A stretch of 40,136 nt of DNA, from positions 1-40,136 of IMG/VR virus record IMGVR_UViG_3300033181_000004, one strand, 5' to 3'. Shown here piece after piece: positions 1 through 6,355 of this stretch. Below the pieces are notes generated by a model, which was given only the letters and a program-made list of their open reading frames with translations, searched no databases and was not told the origin of the DNA. How positions within the stretch are numbered: the stretch's first letter is position 1; every line of letters starts with the position of its first letter. A program made the position numbers and the translations under genes. The DNA comes from a virus (Duplodnaviria; Caudoviricetes).

Positions 1-1
1 C

Positions 2-211
2 TACGGCTCCATTGGGGATAAGACCGTCAAGGCGGCCAACGCCGTTGCATCGCCGCTCACCCTGGCCTTGGAAATGACCGCGCAACGCCTGAACGACGTG
101 TCGCAAACTGCGATATTCGCATCTGATCGGCTTGGCCTGTCCCGACGCTTCGTGGCTGACATCGGCTATGCGCTGGCACCTCCGGCACCTCCATCCACGG
201 TAGCCGTGTGA
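2..211 (+). CDS. Endolysin C-terminal part (peptidoglycan-binding region), continuation of the ORF starting at 39638
   Basis: Frame 2 reads GSIGDKTVKAANAVASPLTLALEMTAQRLNDVSQTAIFASDRLGLSRRFVADIGYALAPPAPPSTVAV*, with TGA at 209-211. Confidence 0.88.
   Translation, partial: YGSIGDKTVKAANAVASPLTLALEMTAQRLNDVSQTAIFASDRLGLSRRFVADIGYALAPPAPPSTVAV
3..128 (+). repeat. 126-bp terminal overlap, copy 1 (identical to 40011-40136)
   Basis: ACGGCTCCATTGGGGATAAG...GCATCTGATC occurs at both ends, inside the endolysin ORF. Most likely an assembler circularisation overlap. Confidence 0.95.
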
Positions 212-435
212 TGTGGGACTGGGATCTGGTGCCGAACAAGGCGTTGCTGGACGGCCCATCGCACGACAGCGGCTGCGAGGCGCACGGCGACCTGCTGTGG
301 CTGCACCGCCCGGTGATGATGCCCTGCGGCTACCACACGCGCGGGCCGGGCTGCTGGTGCTGCCCACACGCCTGCACCCGCGCGGAATACGACGCGCAGA
401 TCGACACGCCGAACATCTTTGCGATGCTGAACTGA
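211..435 (+). CDS. Small Cys/His-rich hypothetical protein
   Basis: ATG overlaps the endolysin stop (TGATG). HTRGPGCWCCPH motif suggests metal binding. Confidence 0.6.
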   Translation: MWDWDLVPNKALLDGPSHDSGCEAHGDLLWLHRPVMMPCGYHTRGPGCWCCPHACTRAEYDAQIDTPNIFAMLN

Positions 436-450
436 CTGTTTTCCTAATCT

Positions 451-530
451 GCGGCCAATCCGCGAAACGGCGGCCAATCCGCGAAACGGCGGCCAATCCG
501 CGAAACGGCGGCCAATCCGCGAAACGGCGG
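451..530 (+). repeat. 4.2 perfect tandem copies of the 19-bp unit GCGGCCAATCCGCGAAACG
   Basis: Units start at 451, 470, 489 and 508, with a partial unit at 527. No spacers. Followed by the hairpin GGCGGAAT-N10-ATTCCGCC (526-551). Confidence 0.95.
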
Positions 531-573
531 AATTGCGCCGAATATTCCGCCCAACAACCTCACAGGTGAAACG

Positions 574-1041
574 ATGAACGCGACCTGGACCGACGCGCTG
601 ACCATCGCCGTGCCGATCATGGCGCCTATAGTCGCCCTCGGGGCCTGGGGGCTCACGCTGCTCACCGCCGAGATGAAGCGGCGGAACTACAACATCGCCC
701 TGGTGCGTATCGCCTCCGGGGCGGCGACGGCCGCCGGCAATGTGGCGATCAAGCTGTCGCAGATTCCGGCCGGGTCCGACCTCGCCACGGTTCGCAGGAG
801 CCTGATCGTCGATGCGCAGGCAGCGATGCAGCAGACTTATGCCACGAGCATTGCGGCGGCCAGCGTGACGCGCGATCAGGTCACGTCCGAGATATCCGGC
901 GCGCTGGGCCAGAACCCACTGCACGCTGTTGTCGTGGCCTCGCTGCCGGCGCCAGGCATCGCACCAGGCACCGCATCCATGCCTCTGGGCAAATCATCCT
1001 CCATCCCATACCCATTCACCGAAGGAGTGAACAAGCCATGA
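574..1041 (+). CDS. Membrane protein in lysis region (holin or spanin-like candidate)
   Basis: N-terminal hydrophobic helix followed by KRR. AGGTGA RBS. Lies between the endolysin and a lipoprotein. Confidence 0.6.
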   Translation: MNATWTDALTIAVPIMAPIVALGAWGLTLLTAEMKRRNYNIALVRIASGAATAAGNVAIKLSQIPAGSDLATVRRSLIVDAQAAMQQTYATSIAAASVTRDQVTSEISGALGQNPLHAVVVASLPAPGIAPGTASMPLGKSSSIPYPFTEGVNKP

Positions 1042-1403
1042 ACACCCGTATCGCAATGCTGGGCCTCGGCCTGGCGCTCGCCGGCTGCGCCGCGTCCACT
1101 GTGACGGCCACCACCGCCACCGTGTCCAAGGCGCAGGCCGACCTCCAGCTCGCCATCAACTTCTATGGCGTGGCTCGGGGCATCGCCAACGTCGCGGTGG
1201 TGGCGCAGCCGTCGCTTGCGGTGGTGGTGGTGCCAGTGGTGGCCCGTGTTGATCCGCTGGTGGCGAAGGCGCAAACCGCGCTTTACGAGGCCAGCCTGGA
1301 TGCCACGGCGATCGAAGCGCTGGCGGCGACGATCAACGCGCAGGCGACAGCGCTCACGGTCAAGGCGGCGCCCGCCGTCAAGGTCGTGGCGGCCACATCG
1401 TGA
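1038..1403 (+). CDS. Lipoprotein (spanin-like candidate)
   Basis: Lipobox LALAG|C, GAAGGAG RBS, ATGA overlap with the upstream gene. Confidence 0.7.
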   Translation: MNTRIAMLGLGLALAGCAASTVTATTATVSKAQADLQLAINFYGVARGIANVAVVAQPSLAVVVVPVVARVDPLVAKAQTALYEASLDATAIEALAATINAQATALTVKAAPAVKVVAATS

Positions 1404-1555
1404 CCGAGGACGAAATCAGCGGCCACACGGTTGTCACCCGCGTGGACGGCACGACGGTGGTGCAGCACTTCGGCCCCGGCCATGTGGTTGAGGGATCGGT
1501 GCAGGTCATCGACGTACCGGCTGGATACACCGTCGTCATACGCCATCTTTCCTGA
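1400..1555 (+). CDS. 51-aa hypothetical beta-rich protein (not in ORF track)
   Basis: GTGA-coupled: MTEDEISGHTVVTRVDGTTVVQHFGPGHVVEGSVQVIDVPAGYTVVIRHLS*. Its stop overlaps the RBS (GAAGGAA) of the next gene. Confidence 0.6.
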   Translation: MTEDEISGHTVVTRVDGTTVVQHFGPGHVVEGSVQVIDVPAGYTVVIRHLS

Positions 1556-1565
1556 AGGAACTGCC

Positions 1566-2111
1566 ATGCGAACGATCCTAATCGCCGCTGCGCTGGCGCT
1601 GTTGCCAGTCGCGAGCTGGGCGCAGCAGGCCCCGGTCCCGGTCATCGTCGGCACGATCTCGACCACCGGATGCCAGCCGGGCGTGGCGTCGTGCTTCGTT
1701 CCCGGCGGTGGCGCGGGCGGAGCGGGCGGCGGCACCGTCACGCAGGGGCCGGCTGGTGCGGCACCATGGCTGATCGGCTTGCCAGCCAACACGGCACTTC
1801 CCGTCACGTCGACCAACCCGCTGGCAAACGATACTCTTACGGTGAATGCGTCTCCGGGCATCACCGTGGCGACCACCTCCACCACCGTCGTTCCGGCGTC
1901 CACCGGGACACGGGGGCGCGCCTCGATATGGAACACCAGCGCCAACACCGCTTGGTGCCGCTCCGATGGCGGCGTGGCCACGCTCAGCGTCGGTATGCAA
2001 ATCCCGGCCGGCGGCGGCTACGAGTGGGTGTATCCCCTGGTCGGACCGGCGGCGATCACCTGCATCATGGCGACCGCTGCCGGCGTTATGACCTATGAGG
2101 CGTTCCAGTGA
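1566..2111 (+). CDS. Signal-peptide protein with C-terminal beta-sandwich-like domain (spike or decoration-like)
   Basis: True start at ATG 1566 after GAAGGAA. MRTILIAAALALLPVASWA|QQ is a classic Sec signal. Gly linker, then a Thr/Val-rich beta domain. Confidence 0.75.
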   Translation: MRTILIAAALALLPVASWAQQAPVPVIVGTISTTGCQPGVASCFVPGGGAGGAGGGTVTQGPAGAAPWLIGLPANTALPVTSTNPLANDTLTVNASPGITVATTSTTVVPASTGTRGRASIWNTSANTAWCRSDGGVATLSVGMQIPAGGGYEWVYPLVGPAAITCIMATAAGVMTYEAFQ

Positions 2112-3115
2112 TGACGCGCAAGTTCCTCCAGGCGGCCGTCGCTGCCGCCACGCTGTCCAGTCCAGCCTATGCGGGCGCATTGCCTGGCAACGCCACCGGC
2201 CCTGCCAGCGGTGTGCTCGAAGTGGACACGCTGCTGGTGTCCGGTACGTTCACCCTCAATCCCCTAGCCAAGCGGGTGCGGATCGAACTCACCGGCGGCG
2301 GAGCAGGCGGCGGCGGCGGGGTCATCCTCGCGACCGGGACGGCGACCAACGGCGGCGGCGGCGGCTCGGCCGGGGCGCAGCTTGTCCTGGACGGGCCGGC
2401 GGCGAACTTCCCTAGTGGCCCCGTCACGCTCTGCACGGCGGCCCCCGGCGGCCCCCCCGGCGGCGTGCCGGCCGGTACCGGCGCGGGCGGCGGCGGCGGG
2501 CCGGGCGGCGGCAACGCGACCTATAATGGCTGGACGGCGTTCGGCGGCGGCGGGACCAACGGCGGTGGGACGGCGGCTCAGAACGTTGGCGCCAGCGGTG
2601 GAACTGCCGGTTTTGCCAGCGGGGGTGCCAACGCATACCAGACCTATGGCGGAGATGGTGGGACCAATGGAGGGGTGAATGGTGCCTATCTCGGTAACGG
2701 GGGTGCCGCTCAATTCAACCCTGGTGTCGGTTCTCCGGGCGGCGCTGGTGTGGTCGGAGCGGCCGGTTCGCTTGGTGGCAACGCGGTGTCTGGTCCCACA
2801 GGCGGGGGCAGCGGCGCAGGGGCCGCGGCTACCGCCACTCAGCAGCCAGGCGGTCCCAGCGGCTTCACACTGAATTTCACCGCCGGATCGCTTGGCGGAT
2901 CGACTACCGGACAGGCGGGCGCCAACGGGGTGAACACCCCCGCCGGCTACGGCCTCGGTGGCGGCGGAGGAGCCAACGCGCCGACGGCCGGTGCGGGTGG
3001 AAACGGTGGGGCCGGCGGGATCGGTGCGGGCGGCGGTGGCGGTGGCAACGGCTTCACCGCTGGCGGCATCGGCGGGAACGGCGGCGCCTGCATGTTCCGC
3101 GCGTACCAGAGCTAG
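2111..3115 (+). CDS. Glycine-rich fibre-like protein with N-terminal signal peptide
   Basis: MTRKFLQAAVAAATLSSPAYA|G, then SGTFTL...RIELTGGGAGGGGG...GGNGGACMFRAY, the pattern of phage glycine-rich tail-fibre domains. TGATG coupling. Confidence 0.75.
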   Translation: MTRKFLQAAVAAATLSSPAYAGALPGNATGPASGVLEVDTLLVSGTFTLNPLAKRVRIELTGGGAGGGGGVILATGTATNGGGGGSAGAQLVLDGPAANFPSGPVTLCTAAPGGPPGGVPAGTGAGGGGGPGGGNATYNGWTAFGGGGTNGGGTAAQNVGASGGTAGFASGGANAYQTYGGDGGTNGGVNGAYLGNGGAAQFNPGVGSPGGAGVVGAAGSLGGNAVSGPTGGGSGAGAAATATQQPGGPSGFTLNFTAGSLGGSTTGQAGANGVNTPAGYGLGGGGGANAPTAGAGGNGGAGGIGAGGGGGGNGFTAGGIGGNGGACMFRAYQS

Positions 3116-3153
3116 GCCATCCCCACCAAACTCATTCCTAGGAGTGTTACGCC

Positions 3154-3544
3154 ATGATCATGGGGTCACCTCACGATTTGCTCAAAATCGCACGCTAAGC
3201 GGAAAAGGCCATGAAATCAGGCCATTCCACAAACGTAGGTATTCGGATGAGCTGTCGCCCCTACGCCAAATCTGACGATTCACATTGCAAAACCCTCTTT
3301 CAGAACTTGGCCGAAAGGCAAGTAGTTCGTGCATGGGCCTTATCGTGCAGTTTTGAGCAAACGGTGAGGTGACCCCATCATCATACTCATCCTGCTCGCG
3401 CTGCTGCTTTTCGGCGGTGGCCTCGGCACCACGTTCGGCGGCTGGGGTGGCGGCGCCTACGGACACGCCGGATATGGTGGCATCGGGCTGGGCACCATTC
3501 TGGTGATTGTTTTGGTCGTACTTTTGTTAACGGGACGCATCTAG
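3154..3544 (+). pseudogene. DUF3309-like small membrane protein gene interrupted by a MITE
   Basis: AGGAG RBS and ATG at 3154. Removing 3162-3376 plus one ATCAT restores MIIILILLALLLFGGGLGTTFGGWGGGAYGHAGYGGIGLGTILVIVLVVLLLTGRI*. Confidence 0.85.
3162..3376. mobile_element. 215-bp non-autonomous Tn3-family MITE
   Basis: 38-bp terminal inverted repeats GGGGTCACCTCACGATTTGCTCAAAATCGCACGCTAAG (3162-3199) and 3339-3376, 33/38 identical, with the Tn3-type GGGG...ACG.TAAG signature. 5-bp target duplication ATCAT at 3157-3161 and 3377-3381. No transposase. Confidence 0.93.
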
Positions 3545-3560
3545 CTCTATGAGGCCACGA

Positions 3561-3592
3561 TGCCCGGCACTCTAGCGGACGAGTGCCGGGTA
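3561..3592. terminator. Stem-loop between the convergent late and leftward operons
   Basis: CCCGGCACTC-N8-GAGTGCCGGG 10-bp stem at the convergence point. U-tract is weak. Confidence 0.55.
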
Positions 3593-3605
3593 GTCGGATG
3601 TTGAG

Positions 3606-3782
3606 TTAACGCGCGCGGCTCCGGTAGGCCAAGCCGTAGCCGCCATACAAAACCGCTGCGCCACCAATCAGGGCGTGCCAGAAGTATGGGGTGTTGATGA
3701 AGCCGAGAGACGCCAGCATTGGCCCTATGGATAAAAACCGCTGGTAGCGCTTGGACAGCAGACAATCGCTGAGCTGACGCAA
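3606..3782 (-). CDS. 58-aa membrane protein, putative immunity partner of cassette 1 (not in ORF track)
   Basis: AGGAGG-N5-TTG: MRQLSDCLLSKRYQRFLSIGPMLASLGFINTPYFWHALIGGAAVLYGGYGLAYRSRAR*. One or two hydrophobic segments and a basic tail. Confidence 0.7.
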   Translation of the reverse strand: MRQLSDCLLSKRYQRFLSIGPMLASLGFINTPYFWHALIGGAAVLYGGYGLAYRSRAR

Positions 3783-3807
3783 TAGAGCCTCCTGTTGTGC
3801 TTGACGA

Positions 3808-4245
3808 TCACTGAAGACCAGTCGCCCCTGGACTCACGTTCGAACTGGGTTCGTCAGATCCCAAGCCAAATGTGTGCGCCGGCTGGGTGGGATCGCCGGC
3901 GGTGACGCCATTTGCAGTCCCCAGCGTTGCCGCCGCTGCAGGCGCGTTGTAACCCAGCGTTGCCCCGATCGCACCCCCGACGATGCGACCTGGGACACCA
4001 AGCGGCGTTCCGATCTCCGATCCAGCGCTGGCACCCAGCCCCGCGCCCAGGTCGCTACCGGGCACGTTGGGCGCCGTGGATGTAGGTTGCCGGTTGCCGC
4101 TTAGCCCGGAGTTGCCGCCGCTAGGGCCACCCGCGCCGGCACTGCCGCCACTGTGGTCATTGCTCGGAGCGGCATGTAGGCCGGTGAGTAAGGCGGCACC
4201 GCCGAAAGCGGTAAGAAAAGTAGCGGCGAGAAAAAAGATACGCAT
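3808..4245 (-). CDS. Secreted glycine-zipper protein, paralog 1 (bacteriocin/microcin-like candidate)
   Basis: AAAGGAAA RBS. Leader MRIFFLAATFLTAFGGAALLTGLHA. GxxxG run GSDLGAGLGASAGSEIGTPLG-VP-GRIVGGAIGATLG. Confidence 0.8.
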   Translation of the reverse strand: MRIFFLAATFLTAFGGAALLTGLHAAPSNDHSGGSAGAGGPSGGNSGLSGNRQPTSTAPNVPGSDLGAGLGASAGSEIGTPLGVPGRIVGGAIGATLGYNAPAAAATLGTANGVTAGDPTQPAHTFGLGSDEPSSNVSPGATGLQ

Positions 4246-4275
4246 CAGTGTGTTTCCTTTGTTATGAGATATAGA

Positions 4276-4431
4276 TTATCGATTTGCATTGCACGCGGCC
4301 TGCGCCGTGCATGGATCACCGCCCATGTGCCACCACCCCCCGCCCTCGCTGATCGCCTCCGACGCTCCTTTGCCGACTATGAGGACGAAGGCGATGGCGA
4401 GGGCGATCCAGAGCATCCGGTTCAGGACCAT
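4276..4431 (-). CDS. 51-aa membrane-anchored or secreted peptide (not in ORF track)
   Basis: GGAG RBS: MVLNRMLWIALAIAFVLIVGKGASEAISEGGGWWHMGGDPCTAQAACNANR*. Confidence 0.6.
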   Translation of the reverse strand: MVLNRMLWIALAIAFVLIVGKGASEAISEGGGWWHMGGDPCTAQAACNANR

Positions 4432-4562
4432 TGACCGATCTCCAATATGAGTAACATCAGTGCCGCCATGCAGATAACGAACTCGAATGCGGTTTTCAGG
4501 CGGGACATAAGGGTCATTTTCGGCTTAACGCTCCAGACGAGGTTCATCTTGTTGTCCGTCAA
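4422..4562 (-). CDS. Small single-TM membrane protein
   Basis: GGAGGG RBS before TTG 4562 (alternative ATG 4547). C-terminal hydrophobic FEFVICMAALMLLILEIG. Confidence 0.55.
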   Translation of the reverse strand: MTDNKMNLVWSVKPKMTLMSRLKTAFEFVICMAALMLLILEIGQWS

Positions 4563-4585
4563 ATCCCTCCGGACAGAGGATCGTT

Positions 4586-4825
4586 TTGACGCCCACCACT
4601 CCACTTGATACCCCACCCGCCACGGCGCGCAGCACCATCGGTCATGCCGATCTACGCGCGATCTGCAACGGCTGCCAGCACGTCGCCGTGGCAGACCTGG
4701 CGGGGCTGATCGCGGCCGGGCGTGGTGATGTGCCGGTGCCCAAATTGCGCTGGCGCTGCACCGCGTGCGGCTCGCGGGACGTGACGGCAGTCATAAGCTC
4801 GATGCCGCAAGGCTGGCGCAGTTGA
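4586..4825 (+). CDS. Zinc-ribbon small protein
   Basis: CNGC...WRCTACGSR, two CxxC pairs. AGAGGA RBS. Sole rightward gene in this arm. Confidence 0.7.
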   Translation: MTPTTPLDTPPATARSTIGHADLRAICNGCQHVAVADLAGLIAAGRGDVPVPKLRWRCTACGSRDVTAVISSMPQGWRS

Positions 4826-4873
4826 GGCGCTGCTGAACCGTTAGCTCAGCCCCCGTCTGTGCCGGATGGTCGC

Positions 4874-5062
4874 TCATACGATTGCCCTCACCGATTGCTT
4901 GAGTTGATCAAGCTCCACCTTTAGGACCGCTACGACTTCGGTATGGCGAACAATCATGTCCGCGTGCCAGTCCGCTTGCTTTTCATTCCACGACATCTGC
5001 TCTTTGACCCACGTTACCCGCCCTGCCCTCCAGGCGGTCTGGTTAGGTGCTTCGTTGCTCAT
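4874..5062 (-). CDS. Hypothetical coiled-coil protein
   Basis: AAAGGAG RBS before ATG 5062: MSNEAPNQTAWRAGRVTWVKEQ... Confidence 0.65.
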   Translation of the reverse strand: MSNEAPNQTAWRAGRVTWVKEQMSWNEKQADWHADMIVRHTEVVAVLKVELDQLKQSVRAIV

Positions 5063-5198
5063 GTCGGCTCCTTTGATCGTTACGCCCGGTCCCGCCGGGC
5101 CTGCTTCTGCGCCCGACAAGATACGTTATCAGGCATACAGTAGCGGGACTTTGTTTACCCCGCCTTACGCGCCGGCCGCCTCATTCGCGTCGCGGACA

Positions 5199-5615
5199 TC
5201 AGGTTTCCCCGATGAGCAAACTGGTTTGCCTCGGTTTAACCGCCGGCATCCCCCGCGCCTCGCGTAGCCGGTCGCGCAGCACGGCGTAGGCGTGGTTGGC
5301 GATATGCTTCGGCACCGGCACGCCCGAGGCCTCCGACATTGCCTTGAGCGCCAGCATGGTGTCGCGCAACTCGCCTAGGTCGAGCGGTGCAACCAGTTTT
5401 CCCGGCGGGGAAACCACCATGGCAACATTCGGTTTGCTGGGTAAAACCGGCATCTCAATGCGGTTTCCCGCGTGGTTTGTCTTGAGCGCGTCAACCATCT
5501 CGACCAGCAGATCGGCCATCGACAGTTGCCGCTGCTGGGCAATCGACACCATCGTCTGCCGCGTCTGGATCGGCACGCCCTTGATCGTCATGCCGGCCTT
5601 GGAGGTGTCTGCCAT
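5199..5615 (-). CDS. Ribbon-helix-helix (Arc/CopG-like) DNA-binding protein
   Basis: MTIKGVPIQTRQTMVSIAQQRQLSMADLLVEM fits the beta-helix-helix RHH pattern. Start at ATG 5615. Confidence 0.65.
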   Translation of the reverse strand: MADTSKAGMTIKGVPIQTRQTMVSIAQQRQLSMADLLVEMVDALKTNHAGNRIEMPVLPSKPNVAMVVSPPGKLVAPLDLGELRDTMLALKAMSEASGVPVPKHIANHAYAVLRDRLREARGMPAVKPRQTSLLIGET

Positions 5616-5666
5616 GTCGGGTTCCCCTGGGGTTTCCCCGCAGGGTATACCAGGGAAACCGACATG
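5613..5666. promoter_or_regulatory. Long inverted repeat over the start of the RHH gene (operator or translational hairpin)
   Basis: CATGTCGGGTTCCCCTGG (5613-5630) pairs with CCAGGGAAACCGACATG (5650-5666) with one gap and one mismatch. Confidence 0.6.
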
Positions 5667-5700
5667 ACACTCCATGAGGTTAGACGGCGCCGGGTGCGGG

Positions 5701-5850
5701 TCAGCGCGATTGCGGCTGCCTTGCATATCGGGCGCGGTAATTGTGCACGCTACCGATGACGCAGGCAATAATTACGCCTGGAAGTCCAATAAAAATCACA
5801 ACCGCATTCACAGGATCCGGTGTGATATAGGTGGTAAGAAAGTGCAGCAT
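5701..5850 (-). CDS. 49-aa single-TM protein, putative immunity partner of cassette 2 (not in ORF track)
   Basis: TAAGGAGA-N6-ATG: MLHFLTTYITPDPVNAVVIFIGLPGVIIACVIGSVHNYRARYARQPQSR*. Confidence 0.75.
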   Translation of the reverse strand: MLHFLTTYITPDPVNAVVIFIGLPGVIIACVIGSVHNYRARYARQPQSR

Positions 5851-5892
5851 GTCAGATCTCCTTATTTTAGCGGGATTGAGCGTATAATTCTC

Positions 5893-6297
5893 TTAGTTGC
5901 CGGTGCCATCTGTTCCAGCGCTACCCGGTTGAGTTGGGCCACCGCCACTGTTGGATAACGCCTGCGCCATTCCCGGCTCGTTCTGCTGCATCTGCTCTGA
6001 TTCTGCACCGACCCCCGCGCCCACTGCTGCACCACAAGCCGCGCAACCAAAACCCGTTCCAGCAACGCCGCCGGCCAAAGCGCCGAGTTGCATCGCTTGT
6101 GCTGTGCGCGTGGAAAACAACGGGCCAGTGGCTGTTGCAGAGCTAGAACCTGTTCCTTGGGATCCGTTAGCGCCTCCCATGGTGCCGCTGCCCCCGCTTC
6201 CGGCGTGGTCGTTACCTGGAGCAGCCTGCGGACCGTCGAGCAAGGCGGCACCGCCGTAGACGGTGAGAAAAGTCGCGGCGAGAAAAAATAGACGCAT
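5893..6297 (-). CDS. Secreted glycine-zipper protein, paralog 2
   Basis: Start ATG 6297 after AAGGGAA. Leader MRLFFLAATFLTVYGGAALLDGPQA. Zipper GALAGGVAGTGFG-CAAC-GAAVGAGVG. Confidence 0.8.
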   Translation of the reverse strand: MRLFFLAATFLTVYGGAALLDGPQAAPGNDHAGSGGSGTMGGANGSQGTGSSSATATGPLFSTRTAQAMQLGALAGGVAGTGFGCAACGAAVGAGVGAESEQMQQNEPGMAQALSNSGGGPTQPGSAGTDGTGN

Positions 6298-6355
6298 TGG
6301 TTCGATTCCCTTGTTTTGAAGTATAGTTGGCCTGTTTTCGTCAGTCGTCCATACG

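Noticed and set aside
3-128. Biological direct terminal repeat (T7-like ends)
   Set aside because: It falls mid-endolysin and its length is close to a common assembler k-mer, so an assembly overlap is more likely.
451-530. CRISPR array
   Set aside because: The repeats are head-to-tail with no spacers, and there are no cas genes.
2958-3466. ORFs 2958-3275 (+) and 3182-3466 (-) sharing GVTS.FAQN.T
   Set aside because: The shared peptide is just the two MITE inverted repeats translated, not real paralogs.
3547-3765. 72-aa ORF from the ORF track
   Set aside because: No RBS, and it runs through the terminator hairpin. The overlapping frame 3606-3782 has an AGGAGG RBS and a coherent membrane protein.
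4198-4245. Double-glycine (PCAT) bacteriocin leader ending at TAFGG / TVYGG
   Set aside because: GG is at the right distance (residues 15-16), but the leader is hydrophobic, lacks the acidic ELSxxEL pattern, and no peptidase-ABC exporter is encoded. A Sec signal is preferred, though use of a host PCAT is not excluded.
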